Below are positions 1-11,835 of a DNA stretch of 64,000 nt, one piece after another. Position 1 is the first letter of the stretch. Every line of letters starts with the position of its first letter. Position numbers and translations under genes: made by a program. The stretch comes from Eledone cirrhosa (Eukaryota). The notes under the pieces were generated by a model, which saw nothing but the letters and a program-made list of their open reading frames with translations, made no database searches and was not told the origin of the DNA. The stretch spans positions 378,076,001-378,140,000 of the forward strand of contig OZ024743.1 in the NCBI GenBank assembly GCA_964016885.1, in the 5' to 3' direction.

Positions 1-239
1 AGGGGGTTCTGTCATGTATGTATGAACCCCACCCTATACCACACACCTCCACCTACCACAACTTGTAGTTGTGCCATAGTGTCATATAGCATTATCATCA
101 TTTTTACATCCACTTTTCCATGCTTGAATATTAGTCGTGCTTTTCATAATTTTGGCTGGATGTTTTCCTATCACCACCACTTAACAGCATGGACTGGTTG
201 CATTCTTCATGCCACCAGCACTAGAGAGGTTGTTGTACC

Positions 240-1200
240 AGACTTAAGAGTCTTCTCCACCCTGTCTTGGGCATTTTATACATGGCAGATCTTATCCCTT
301 CTCAGTCTTTTTCACTTTGTCCCATGTCTTCCAATGTCTTTCTCTACCTCAAGATTCATCAACTTCAATGGTTCGTCATCCTCAATATGCATCACCACCT
401 TCTCTTTTGATGCCTCTCACATCCAGTTTTTCTCACAATTCATCTGTACTCCATCATTCATCTCCAGTGATATTACACCTTTTCTGCAGATTGTTCCTCT
501 CATTTTTCCCAGGTACTGCCAGTCTTCTGTATTCAAGGCCCGTGTCTCACTACTATGCACCACTGCAATTTATACACATACAATGGAGGCACATGTCTTA
601 GTGGTTAGAGCATTGGCCTTGCAATTGAAAGGTTGTGAGTTCAATTCTCAGACCGGGTGATGTGTTGTTTCCTTGAGCAAGACACTTTATTTCAAGTTGC
701 TCCAGTTTACTCAGCTGTAGAAATGAGATGATAGGGACTGGGGTCCATATCATTCCACTGCAAAGTGGTCGTGGAGGTGCCACGGCAAAAAAGCACCCAA
801 TGAGGTTGGTGTTAGGAAGGGCATCCAGCTGTAGAAATCAAGCCAGAATCAGTTCCGGTCCCACCCTTGCAAGCAGGGAAAAGCGGACGTAAAATGAAAT
901 GATGAAATGATGATCATATAGCCTACCCTTCACTCTGAGAGAGAAAAACCTTTTGTTGCTAGCATAGGTAATAGCTCCCTCTATTTCTTTCACCCTATTC
1001 TTATTCTGGCTACTGTGTTTTTGGTATGCCCTCCTCTCCTACTAATTTGATCACGAAAGGAAAATAAACTATCCACTATTTCTAATGCTCCTTCTGAGCA
1101 AATGATGGAATTTATTTTCATTGTGCTCTCATTGAAAACTACTCCTATATTCTAACACATGCACAATTTACCTTTTCTGTCAGTCCGTCTGTAATCCCAC
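240..1200 (-). mobile_element. Old RTE LINE 3' fragments interrupted by a SINE
   Basis: Degenerate similarity of about 240-570 and 920-1200 to the RTE at 31.9-32.7 kb. A 3'UTR/tail-like stretch (catcattttacatccacttttccatgc) lies near 95-230. Confidence 0.6.
583..915 (+). mobile_element. tRNA-derived SINE with an RTE-derived 3' tail
   Basis: A-box-like TAGTGGTTAG, B-box-like GAGTTCAATTC and a CCTTGAGCAAGACACTT core, then GTTAGGAAGGGCATCCAGC and a (GAT)n-like tail shared with the RTE 3'UTR. Confidence 0.75.
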
Positions 1201-1780
1201 TATATAGAATTTTTACTGACTCTTTGAGGATATCGGGGTCTTATCTTCTTTCTTATTTATTAAAAATTAGATTTTTCCCAAGTTTATTCTGAGACATTTC
1301 AGTTCCATGTTTTTCTTCCATGTCTTTAATTTTCTCTTTTCTTGCTTATATATGATATATGTATATATACATACAACTTCATTTAGACCGAGCTGAGGAT
1401 CTGAATAAGGTGAAACATTTGTTCTCAGTATGGTGAACTAACTGTTGTGGAACTACTTATATATATATATATATACAGTGAGTCCTCGATATACGGTATA
1501 TATGTGATCCTGAAACCCTTACCGTATATCGAATTACCGTATAAAGAACTCATTGTAACATGAAATAGATAGGGATGCATTCCAGTTCATCGAAAAAGTC
1601 ATCCCTACAGAAAAGAAATAATGTTTTTTTTTTATTTACTGTACCTTGCACATGGCGCGTAGTCCATCAGATGATGTGCCACTTCATTTGTCCCTCCCGA
1701 GGCTAAGGGACAGTATGGGTTTCAGCCCTTACTCATCTTGGGCTGAGTTGGCAGGGGAGGATGAAGGTGATGTGGGAGGC

Positions 1781-3514
1781 TCAAAAACCAACAAACTCGT
1801 TGACTGCAGTGGATATTGAAGGGCCAGCTGCAGCACGGTTGGCAGGTGTGACTGGCGTGAAGAAAGAGTAGATGGAGGACTGTTTGGCGGTGTTTCTTTT
1901 GGCTTCATACATTTCTTGGTAAATCTTGACATTTTTCTCGACGTCTTGAGCCACTTTGCTGCTCCTAGCAGGGTTGTGGTCACGCTCCTCCAGGGTTTCT
2001 AAGCTTGTTTCGATACTCCCGAGACATTCTCTTAGAGTTTTTATGTCCAAGCCACACACAGGTTCTTCGTCTTCCTCTTCTTCTTTTTCTGTCTCCTGTA
2101 TTGCCTTGTCTAGTTCTATGAGTTCATCATTGGAAAGTGGTTCAGCGTGGCTTTCCAAAAGGTCTTGCACATCATCATTAACACCATCGAAGCCAGCTCT
2201 ATGACAGAGATTTACAATATTTTTTTTATCGCACCAATGTCCTCAGCAAAGCCTTGGAAGTCATTCACACATGCTGGCCATAATTTCTTCCAGGCCAAGT
2301 TCATGGTAGACTGCTTCACTTCTTCCCAAGATGCCTTGATGTTGTCTAAGCCGTGCTTGATGTTGTACAATTTCCACCATTCCCTGATCGTGGGCTTGTC
2401 AGGCCCATCTGTGCCCTTTATCAGCTGCTGCATGGTTCTCCGCTGGTAGCATGCCTTAAATGTTTTGATGACTGTTTGATCCATCGGCTGAATGAGAGCT
2501 GTGGTGTTGGGGGGGGGGGGGGGGGGGAACAAGACCTCAATATTTTCTGACCAGTCTTCCATTGCCCATGGGTGGGTGGGAGCGTTGTCCACTAATAGCA
2601 GAAAACGGTTGGCAATGTTGTTAGCTCATGCATATTCCTTAAGGGTTGGTAACAGATATGAGGTGAAAAAATCCTGGTGAATTGAAGTGATCAGCCATAC
2701 CTTCTTATTAGACTTCCATATCACTGGTAGGTATTGCTTAAGTAACCCCTTGAGTGCTCTTGGAGTTTGAGAATGGTAGATAATGAGTGGCTTTAGCTTT
2801 AAATCTCCTTCTGCATTCCCTCCAAGTAACAGAATAACGCGGTCCTTTGAGGCTTTGAAACCCTTCGCACTTTTCTCCTCCTTGTCAATTACTGGTATTA
2901 TTGGTCATCTTTTTCCAATAAAGTCCTGTTTCATCATAATTAATAACCTGCTTTTTTCTGTACCCCTTCTCTGTAATGCATTTCTCTAACTCTGCCTTGA
3001 ATTTTTCAGCACTCTCTTTGTCGGAACTGGCAGCCTCACCTGTAACTTTTATGTTGTGAAGACTCAAACATCATTTGAACTTATCAAACCAGCCTTTGCT
3101 TGCCTTGAATACAAAGTCCTCCACCCCATTTCAGTCTTGAGCCTGTTAATAATGGACAATGCTTTCTCACTGATTACATTTAAAGACAGAGGCATATTTT
3201 GACGATTTTGGTCATCGATCCAAATTTTGAGCAACCTTTCCAACCAATCCATAATCGGCTCACGATGTTTGGTCAACAATTTACTCTGTAGACTCGTAGT
3301 ATTCTCCCCAGCTTGTTTTGACAGCCTCACTATTTTTTAAAACAGTCCAGACTGTAGACTGGGCTAGGCTTAAGTTACAACTTATGGCGGACGTACCTTG
3401 CCCCTGTTCCTTCCTTTTCAAAATGTCCAGCTTTATCTCCAAAGTCAGGCTCTTCCTCATGCGTTTGGCCTTTCCATCTGCATCAGCAATATTCACAGGG
3501 CGTTTTGGGGCCAT
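1781..3514 (-). pseudogene. Tigger-type transposase pseudogene (psq-like HTH, CENP-B HTH, DDD domain), frameshifted into at least 5 pieces
   Basis: ORF fragments MAPKRP...RKSLTLEIKLDIL, ERLLKIWIDDQ...MPLS, GEAASSD...YDETGLYWK, DNAPTHP...PPNTTALIQPMDQ..IKTFKACY, and the acidic tail PLSNDELIEL...KQSSIYSFF. Confidence 0.92.
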
Positions 3515-3588
3515 GAGATATGGGGTTATAAGATATGCCGTGATAATTATGCTTCAAAAACACGCCGTCGGGTTTTTTCTTACTTTGA

Positions 3589-3697
3589 ATGACGTCATAA
3601 CTCTTAACTGATCACTTCAGTTCGGCAAAAATTCTCTCACTGAGAGGACACGCTAGTTTGCCGAACTGAAGTGATCAGTTAAGAGTTATGACGTCAT
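3589..3697. repeat. Perfect 41-bp inverted repeat (27-nt spacer) upstream of the Tigger transposase ATG; each arm carries TGACGTCA
   Basis: 3589-3629 is the exact reverse complement of 3657-3697. Confidence 0.95.
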
Positions 3698-4044
3698 CGA
3701 TCGATATCTGAACTCGCTTGTGATTGGCCAGTTTCTTGGTAAGGTCAGTTAGTACGATAGCAGTAGTAACACAATTTTCCTAGAATTCGAATAGCAGTCA
3801 GTTTCCACGAATTCAAGGGGGAATTTATTGCTTACTACAGGTGGCGCTACGGTACAATATAAACAATACACAACCAAAAACCGTATCTGTGAATTTTTTT
3901 TACCGTAAATAGAATTGATGGTAGTAATTACCCAAAACCGTATCTGTGAATTTTCCGGATAAAGAACTACCGTATATCAAGGACCCACTGTATATATATA
4001 TACATACTCACAAGTATTGGCTGCTGAGCTTTGTAATGGATGTC

Positions 4045-4205
4045 TACATCTGACCAACAACTTGGGCCGTCCCATCGTTTCCTCTTGCAACTGTCTCTCT
4101 GTTTTCATCTCCAAATATTTGGACACCATCCTTGCCCCTTTAGTCACCAACCTCCTTTTCCACATCCAGGATACCAATTATGCTCTCCAGCTCTTTAACT
4201 CCTCT
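4045..4205 (+). mobile_element. Penelope-like element reverse transcriptase fragment
   Basis: NNLGRPIVSSCNCLSVFISKYLDTILAPLVTNLLFHIQDT resembles the PLE RT motif GRPIVS...IS.YLD.IL.PLV...I.DT. Confidence 0.7.
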
Positions 4206-4625
4206 TTCTCTTCTGGTTTTAGTAATCTGCTGGTGATCCGTGGAAGGTCAAGATTGTTGGAAGGTCCCAGTTCAAAGGGGCCAGGTTAATTTTCAGGTCC
4301 AAATAACAAGAAGTGTCACATAAGCATAGATAATATAATAAAAAGTGACAAATACAGAGATAGAAAAACAATTAGCCTTAATAGAGTCAGCAGGAGAGTA
4401 CAATAGTTCAGAGATTAGAAAACAAAAAAAGACAGAAAAAGAGGGACATGTGAGTGTGTATGTGTGTTGTTTTCCAATTTTTGGGTGTATCAGCGTATAT
4501 ATTGGTGGAATGATCTATACATTGTTTGTGATGGTGTCTATGTGTGTTTGTGGCTGTATCAACATTATGGTTGAATGTGGTTTGTCTGTATATGTATGAA
4601 ATATAAAAGGAATTATCACTGACAA

Positions 4626-4664
<39 letters not shown>

Positions 4665-5069
4665 TGCATAGATACATATATATATGTATATATATATATA
4701 CATATACATACACACATATATATCGTGTTTCTGGCTAGTTTTCTATGGCTGGATGCCCTTCCTAATGCCAACCACATTTACAGTGTGTGCTGGGTGCTTT
4801 TAGCCGTGTCTTTTACACAACCACTTTACAGTGTGGACTAGGTGCTTTTTATTGTGACACCTACATGACCACTATATATATATATATATATATATTTATA
4901 TTAAGAACAAAACAGGATTTCACATTTAGGTTTTTACTGATCGTGAGATTTTCGTTTGCTTGATTAAGTCTGATGATCAGATTGAGGTGGAGTCAGGTCT
5001 ATAACATTAACATGGATCCTGAGCCACCCATCTGTGAAACAGTTGTAATGGTGCATAATAAATAAAGCA

Positions 5070-5550
5070 GTCCTTTTGTACATAAGGAGAAACCTTATGT
5101 TGTTAACAGTGGTAGTAGCTCTCTAAACCTTTTCCATCCTATCCTTATTCTAACTATTATACTCTCAGAGCACCCTCATCCACCGCTAATTGTGTCACCT
5201 AGATATCAGAAGCTATCAACCACTTCTATGGACACTTCCTGTGAGTTGAAAAGGTTTATATCACTGACACTCTTCCCCTCGGTTATCCCTGTGCATCTTC
5301 TACATACAAAGTCTTCCCTTCCTATTAGTCTAACTGTTATCCCACTACATCTCTTGTATATCCAAGATTTACATTGTGTACACCATATGGAGTTTATGCC
5401 TACTCCTTTTCTATATACTGAGCAGGGCCACTTCCATGAAGAAATCAGGGTCCTATCTTCTTTTCTACTCCCTAGCACTTTAATTTTGGCTATGTTTACT
5501 CACAGACCCTTTGACTCCAAATTCTGTTTCCATAGTCGGAACTTATTTTG
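5070..5550 (-). mobile_element. RTE LINE internal fragment (PHD-like finger region)
   Basis: ORF 5206..5478 (WPCSVYRKGVGINSIWCTQCKSWIYKRCSG...FVCRRC) is paralogous to 32596-32727. Confidence 0.85.
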
Positions 5551-5699
5551 AGATAGAAACAGACAAAAGTGAGAGAAAGTGAGAAACAGAATAAGAGATT
5601 TATTTCATAAGACTTAGTAAATTATTGCTGCCAAGTTTCATAGTTACTTATCAAAACATTCTTAATACCTCAAATTCTTCAAGATTTTTACTTCAAGAA

Positions 5700-5812
5700 T
5701 ATTATTATTATTGTTGTTGTTGCTACTGCTGCTGATGAGGTTGTTGTTGTTGTCATTACTGCTGTTAATGCAGTTGCTGTTGTTGTTGTCATTGTTGCTG
5801 CTGTTGTTGTTA
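5700..5812. repeat. Compound trinucleotide microsatellite (TAT/TGT/TGC)
   Basis: Seen directly. Confidence 0.85.
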
Positions 5813-5855
5813 ATGAAAATACAAATATATTTTGACATTTAAAAGAATTCCAAGA

Positions 5856-8080
5856 ATCTATAGATTAAGATCCAATAAACTATGAGATCCATAGATTAAG
5901 ATCCAGTAAAATATGAGATCCATAGATTAATATCCAGTAAAATATGAGATCTACACATTAATATCCAGTAAAATATGAGATCTACACATTAATATCCAGT
6001 AAAATATGAGATCTACACATTAATATCCAGTAAAATATGAGATCTACACATTAATATCCAGTAAAATATGAGATCTACACATTAATATCCAGTAAAATAT
6101 GAGATCTACACATTAATATCCAGTAAAATATGAGATCCATAGATTAAGATCCAGTAAAATATGAGATCCATAGATTAATATCCAGTAAAATATGAGATCT
6201 ACACATTAATATCCAGTAAAATATGAGATCTACACATTAATATCCAGTAAAATATGAGATCTACACATTAATATCCAGTAAAATATGAGATCTACACATT
6301 AATATCCAGTAAAATATGAGATCCATAGATTAAGATCCAGTAAAATATGAGATCCATAGATTAATATCCAGTAAAATATGAGATCTACACATTAATATCC
6401 AGTAAAATATGAGATCTACACATTAATATCCAGTAAAATATGAGATCTATGCATTAATATCCAGTAAAATATGAGATCTACACATTAATATCCAGTAAAA
6501 TATGAGATCTACACATTAATATCCAGTAAAATATGAGATCTACACATTAATATCCAGTAAAATATGAGATCTACACATTAATATCCAGTAAAATATGAGA
6601 TCTACACATTAATATCCAGTAAAATATGAGATCTACGCATTAATATCCAGTAAAATATGAGATCTACACATTAATATCCAGTAAAATATGAGATCCATAG
6701 ATTAAGATCCAGTAAAATATGAGATCCATAGATTAAGATCCAGTAAAATATGAGATCTACGCATTAATATCCAGTAAAATATGAGATCTACGCATTAATA
6801 TCCAGTAAAATATGAGATCTACACATTAATATCCAGTAAAATATGAGATCCAGTAAAATATGAGATCCATAGATTAAGATCCAGTAAAATATGAGATCTA
6901 CGCATTAATATCCAGTAAAATATGAGATCTACACATTAATATCCAGTAAAATATGAGATCCATAGATTAAGATCCAGTAAAATATGAGATCCATAGATTA
7001 ATATCCAGTAAAATATGAGATCTACGCATTAATATCCAGTAAAATATGAGATCTACACATTAATATCCAGTAAAATATGAGATCTACACATTAATATCCA
7101 GTAAAATATGAGATCTACGCATTAATATCCAGTAAAATATGAGATCTACACATTAATATCCAGTAAAATATGAGATCTACACATTAATATCCAGTAAAAT
7201 ATGAGATCTACACATTAATATCCAGTAAAATATGAGATCTACGCATTAATATCCAGTAAAATATGAGATCTACACATTAATATCCAGTAAAATATGAGAT
7301 CTACGCATTAATATCCAGTAAAATATGAGATCTACACATTAATATCCAGTAAAATATGAGATCTACGCATTAATATCCAGTAAAATATGAGATCTACACA
7401 TTAATATCCAGTAAAATATGAGATCTACGCATTAATATCCAGTAAAATACGAGATCCATAGATTAAGATCCAGTAAAATATGAGATCTACACATTAATAT
7501 CCAGTAAAATATGAGATCTACACATTAATATCCAGTAAAATATGAGATCTACACATTAATATCCAGTAAAATATGAGATCTACACATTAATATCCAGTAA
7601 AATATGAGATCTACGCATTAATATCCAGTAAAATATGAGATCTACACATTAATATCCAGTAAAATATGAGATCTACGCATTAATATCCAGTAAAATATGA
7701 GATCCATAGATTAAGATCCAGTAAAATATGAGATCTACACATTAATATCCAGTAAAATATGAGATCTACACATTAATATCCAGTAAAATATGAGATCTAC
7801 ACATTAATATCCAGTAAAATATGAGATCTACACATTAATATCCAGTAAAATATGAGATCCATAGATTAAGATCCAGTAAAATATGAGATCTACACATTAA
7901 TATCCAGTAAAATATGAGATCCATAGATTAAGATCCAGTAAAATATGAGATCTACACATTAATATCCAGTAAAATATGAGATCCATAGATTAAGATCCTA
8001 TAAAATGAGATCCATAGATAAGGATCCAGTAAAATATGAGATCCATAGATTATGATCCAGTTAAATATGAGATCTATAAT
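5856..8080. repeat. 31-bp minisatellite, about 70 copies, consensus ATCCAGTAAAATATGAGATCTACACATTAAT
   Basis: Direct tandem periodicity. Three main variants (CTACACATTAAT, CTACGCATTAAT, CCATAGATTAAG). Degenerate ends. Confidence 0.97.
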
Positions 8081-8379
8081 AACTGTAAGATTCCAAATTA
8101 TTTTTCCACCTATGTTTGCCAATATTGGAATATCCATTTATTTTCAAATCATACAGAAGACATTACAGATCAAAGAATCTGAAGCAATTCTTCAGTGTTG
8201 AATTCCAGACATTCTCAGTTTCTTATTTTCAAAGTTTTCTCTCTGAAAATGTCATAATTATTTCACAGGTCTATCTCATTCTGATATCAGGTGTGTCTGT
8301 AGTTATTTCACAGCCATCATAGATGATGATGATGATGATGTATGTGAGTATATGCATGCATGTATATATGTATATATGT

Positions 8380-8735
8380 ATGTATGTATATTTTTTTAAT
8401 GTATGTTCTCTCTCTTAATTTTGAGTTTCTATTTGACCAGCCACCTACCTGGTGGCCAGGTTGTAAACAAAGGAAATCGTTGCCATCTCTTGTGTTAACA
8501 TTCATCCTTTGAATTGTAAGAATATTTTACAAATTTCAAAGATTCCAGATATCGCAGCTATTTGTAACTTATGAATTAAGGAGTGACATTCTTTCTCCAT
8601 TAATCCAAGCTCAGTTATATTTTGATTGAAGAAGGTTGGTATATAACTTGTAGCTGAACATGTATCTTGGATATGCTTCATTGATCATGCCACTCACACA
8701 ATCAAATTCCAAAATAAGAAATATCAGCCACATAA
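8380..8735 (-). mobile_element. Degenerate 3' end of an R4/NeSL-type (restriction-like endonuclease) non-LTR retrotransposon
   Basis: Hand translation YPRYMF...ATSYIPTFFNQNITELGLMEKECHSLIHKLQIAAISGIFEICKIFLQFKG* resembles, from memory, the C-terminus of RLE-bearing LINE ORFs. It is followed by a short UTR and a (TACA)n-like tail. Confidence 0.5.
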
Positions 8736-9309
8736 CTTGAGTTTCTATAATATAGATATATACATTACATGTCTATTAAATGCATTTGTTTGGTGTTGTC
8801 TATTGTTGCGGTTGTTGTTTGACTCATTTAATAATACACTCCTTCTAACTAATTTAGCACTTAGAAATATTGGGTCAATGGTTAAATTATGGCTTAATTA
8901 TAAAATGTTTTACATAGTCATGGCTGTGTGGTTAAAAAGTTGTTTTTTTTGCAACCATGTGGTTTAAGTTTAATGCCACTCTGTGACAAGAACCTTAGGT
9001 ACTATATCTGTAATTCAAAGGTGTAGTTTTGTCACATATTGTGTCATGTTGATTCTGCCTGAGGGTTGTATTAAGGGTGGTGTTTCCTCTGAAGACATGA
9101 GTTTTTCCATAGACAATGTCTTAGGACTACACTTAGGATTTCTTGACATGAACACATCACAATGGAGAAATCAAAGGAAGGGCCCAGCTGAGTTATCTGC
9201 AGAATTCTATCATTGTATGAATGGAAACCAGAAATAGGCTGGGCCATAGGAAGCAAGGCAGATCCGTTAAGACCTGGTTGAAATCAGTGAAGCAAGCTAT
9301 GGCATCACA

Positions 9310-9455
9310 ATTCATATTTTCCAGCTGAGTGAACTGGAGCAACATAAAATAAAGTGTTTTACTCGAGGACACAACAACCTGTTTAGTCCAGAAATCAAAC
9401 TCACAGCTTTATGATTGTAAACCCTATACTCTAACCACTAAGCCAGGTGCCTTCA
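9310..9455 (-). mobile_element. tRNA-derived SINE head and core
   Basis: Reverse complement of TGGCTTAGTGGTTAGAG...GAGTTTGATTTC, with the same core as 583-730. Confidence 0.65.
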
Positions 9456-9589
9456 CCAATGTAATTTACTTTAGATAATTATGCAGGGACTCACCTTAAT
9501 CTAATTACTCCAGGAAATAACAAAAATGGGGCTTAGATATCATGTATGATAGCTGTTATTGTTTGGTTCCAGCTAAGCTCTTATAAAAT

Positions 9590-9880
9590 AGACCTGAGAT
9601 CAAACGTGTTCTAGTTGTGACCATCCTACATTTTATTCAGACATAGTGCATCTAAGACTACATTATCTAATCTAGCAGATCTAACAGACTTGTGATCAAA
9701 GGCATTCCATCTGTGACCGTCCCATATTTTAAGATAAAATCTATCTAGGATTATATTATCAAATGTACGCTTCCATGAGATTAGACCTGTGATTTAATAT
9801 GTTCCAGCTGTGATCATTCTATTTTTATTCGAACATAATCTATCTAGGATTACATTATTAAATGTATCCTTCTGTTTTAA
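9590..9880. repeat. Three diverged tandem copies of a ~95-bp interspersed repeat (a related copy is near 20530-20710)
   Basis: AGACYTGTGATCAAA...TGTGACC...ATCTAGGATTACATTAT recurs at about 9590, 9686 and 9783. Confidence 0.65.
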
Positions 9881-10027
9881 AAGAAGATAAGTATCCCTGC
9901 ATGTTACATGAGGTGTCTAACAGGGTTGGTATCAGGAAGGGCATCTAGTCGTTAAAAACTGTCTCAAAACATCCCTTTCAACTCATGTCAACATGGAAAA
10001 GTGGATGTAAAAAGCATGATGATGATA

Positions 10028-10104
10028 CAGGGTGTCCCAAAAATGTATACACACATTTATTACAATGCTGTTGAATTGTGTATACATTTTTTCGGGATAC
10101 CCTG
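10028..10104. mobile_element. 77-bp Tc1/mariner-type MITE
   Basis: TA|CAGGGTGTCCCAAAAATGTATACACA ... TGTGTATACATTTTTTCGGGATACCCTG|TA imperfect TIRs. Confidence 0.8.
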
Positions 10105-10432
10105 TATATATATATACACACATATACATTCTTGGTGATCTACACAATAATCACACCCAGTATACACTGTAAAGTGGTGAGTGACAAGAAGGGCATCCAG
10201 CTATAGAAAGCTTACCCAACAAAGGGTTGGGAGGACCCTTCAGTTGTGTCAATACATAAGATCTCCTGTACACGTGATACAACATGAGACTGTACGTAAC
10301 CAAGATACACACCACCTGGTCTGTCTGGGAGGTCAGTAGTTCTGCTTTAGGACTGACTTGGTCAATGTAGATATGTCCAACCCTTGCTAGCAAGGAAAGC
10401 AAACATTAAATGATGATGATGTATATATATAT

Positions 10433-11152
10433 AACGAAGCTTGCATGCTCTGTTGGATGTGTAATAGTAATATACGTGAACGGCAAAGCATAAACGAACT
10501 AAGGGAAAAATTAGAAATAAGAGGGATCAGATGTTGTTTACTTGAGAGAAGACTACGTTGGTACAGTCACGTGATGCGCATGAAAGACGACAGCTGTATA
10601 AAAAAGTGCAGGGCAATAAAGATAGACGGTAGCCACGGAGTAGGCAGACCCAGAAAAACCTGGGACGACCTGATAAATTCCGACCTCACACACTTACACC
10701 TCTCCAAGACAATGTCACTGGACCGAGACCTTTGGCGGTACTCAGTAATAGAGAAGACCCGCCTTACCTAAATACAAAGTAAAACCTACTACAGTCAGTA
10801 GGCATCTCTAACAAAATACACCCCCATCCCACTACCCCATCTACACCACCCCTTTCAATGTAAAGTTATGTTGGTGCCACAACATCCAGGCCGAAACAAA
10901 TGAGATCGTGTAGGTGTCACGACAAAAAAAAACACAGTCCACGCTGTAATGTGACCGTGTAGGCAACACGGTAAAAACCTCCCAGCCCCACACTGTAAAT
11001 GTGGTTGGTGTTAGGAAGGGCATCCAGCCGTAGAAAACCCGCCAGACAGTCCTATGCTAGCAAGACAACCAATCTTGCCTCAAGTGGGAAAACTCCCGTC
11101 CAAACCCATGCAAGCGTGGAAGATGGACATTAAACGATGATGATGATGATGA
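10433..11152 (+). mobile_element. RTE LINE 3' end (ORF2 C-terminus, 3'UTR, (GAT)n tail)
   Basis: ORF 10445..10771 is nearly identical to the C-terminus of 31943..32572. The UTR and tail also match. Confidence 0.93.
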
Positions 11153-11712
11153 TATAAAAAAGTGCAGGGCGATAAAAATAGATGGTAACCACGGAGTAGG
11201 CAGACCCAGAAAAACCTGGGACGACTTGATAAATTCCGACCTCACAGACTAACACCTCTCCAAGACAATGTCACTGGACCGAGATCTTTGGCGCTACATA
11301 GTAATACAGAAGACCCGCCTTGACTAAGTACAAAGCGAAACCTACAGTCAGTAGGCACCTCTAACAAAAATACACCCCTGTCCCACTACCCCCACCCCAT
11401 CCACACAACCCCCTTCAATGTGAAGTTATGTTGGTACCACAACATCCAGTCTGAAACAAATGAGGTCGTGTAGGTGTCACAACAAAAAAACACAGTCCAC
11501 GCTGTAATGTGGCCGTGTAGATAACATGGTAAAAACCTCCCAGTCCACACTGTAAACGTGGTTGGTGTTAGGAAGGGCATCCAACCGTAGAAAACCCGCC
11601 AGACAGTCCTATACGAGCAAGACAACCAATCTTGCCTCAAGTGGGAAAATTCCCGTCTAAACCCATGCAAGCGTGGAAGATGGACATTAAACGATGATGA
11701 TGATGATGATGA
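11153..11712 (+). mobile_element. Second, shorter RTE 3' end in head-to-tail tandem with the previous copy
   Basis: Diverged repeat of 10597-11152, ending in (GAT)n then (TA)n. Confidence 0.93.
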
Positions 11713-11835
11713 TATATATATATATAGGGATTGTAATGTCCAGTTACAGTAGGCTCACCAGAATGAGCACTCAATGTGTAGTTTCCAGTAAGTAGAGTTG
11801 CAGTACTAAGCAGAGTGTAATAATAATAAGAAGAA

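Larger units (their letters stand above)
1476..3990 (-). mobile_element. Tigger/pogo-family DNA transposon (Tc1/mariner superfamily), full length about 2.5 kb, inactive
   Basis: 23-bp TIRs (CAGTGAGTCCTCGATATACGGTA at 1476; reverse complement of 3968-3990 has 2 mismatches). TA flanks inside (TA)n. Subterminal ACCGTAT repeats and internal transposase fragments. Confidence 0.95.

Noticed and set aside
583-660. tRNA genes at SINE heads (also about 12005, 14560, 17870, 31210)
   Set aside because: They have only A/B-box similarity with no complete cloverleaf, and they run directly into SINE bodies.
4345-4715. Short ORFs rich in YI/VC/TH repeats (also 13709-14158, 15668-15901, 18187-18456)
   Set aside because: They are translations of (TA)n, (CA)n and (AAC)n microsatellites or antisense frames of repeats.
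5856-8080. CRISPR array
   Set aside because: There are no unique spacers, only 3-4 recurring variants. The context is eukaryotic and there are no cas genes.
8440-8653. Minus-strand exon (ttcag...CAG|gtaggt) with one in-frame TGA, suggesting a selenoprotein
   Set aside because: The TGA coincides with the natural end of a retrotransposon-like ORF. No SECIS or partner exons were found.
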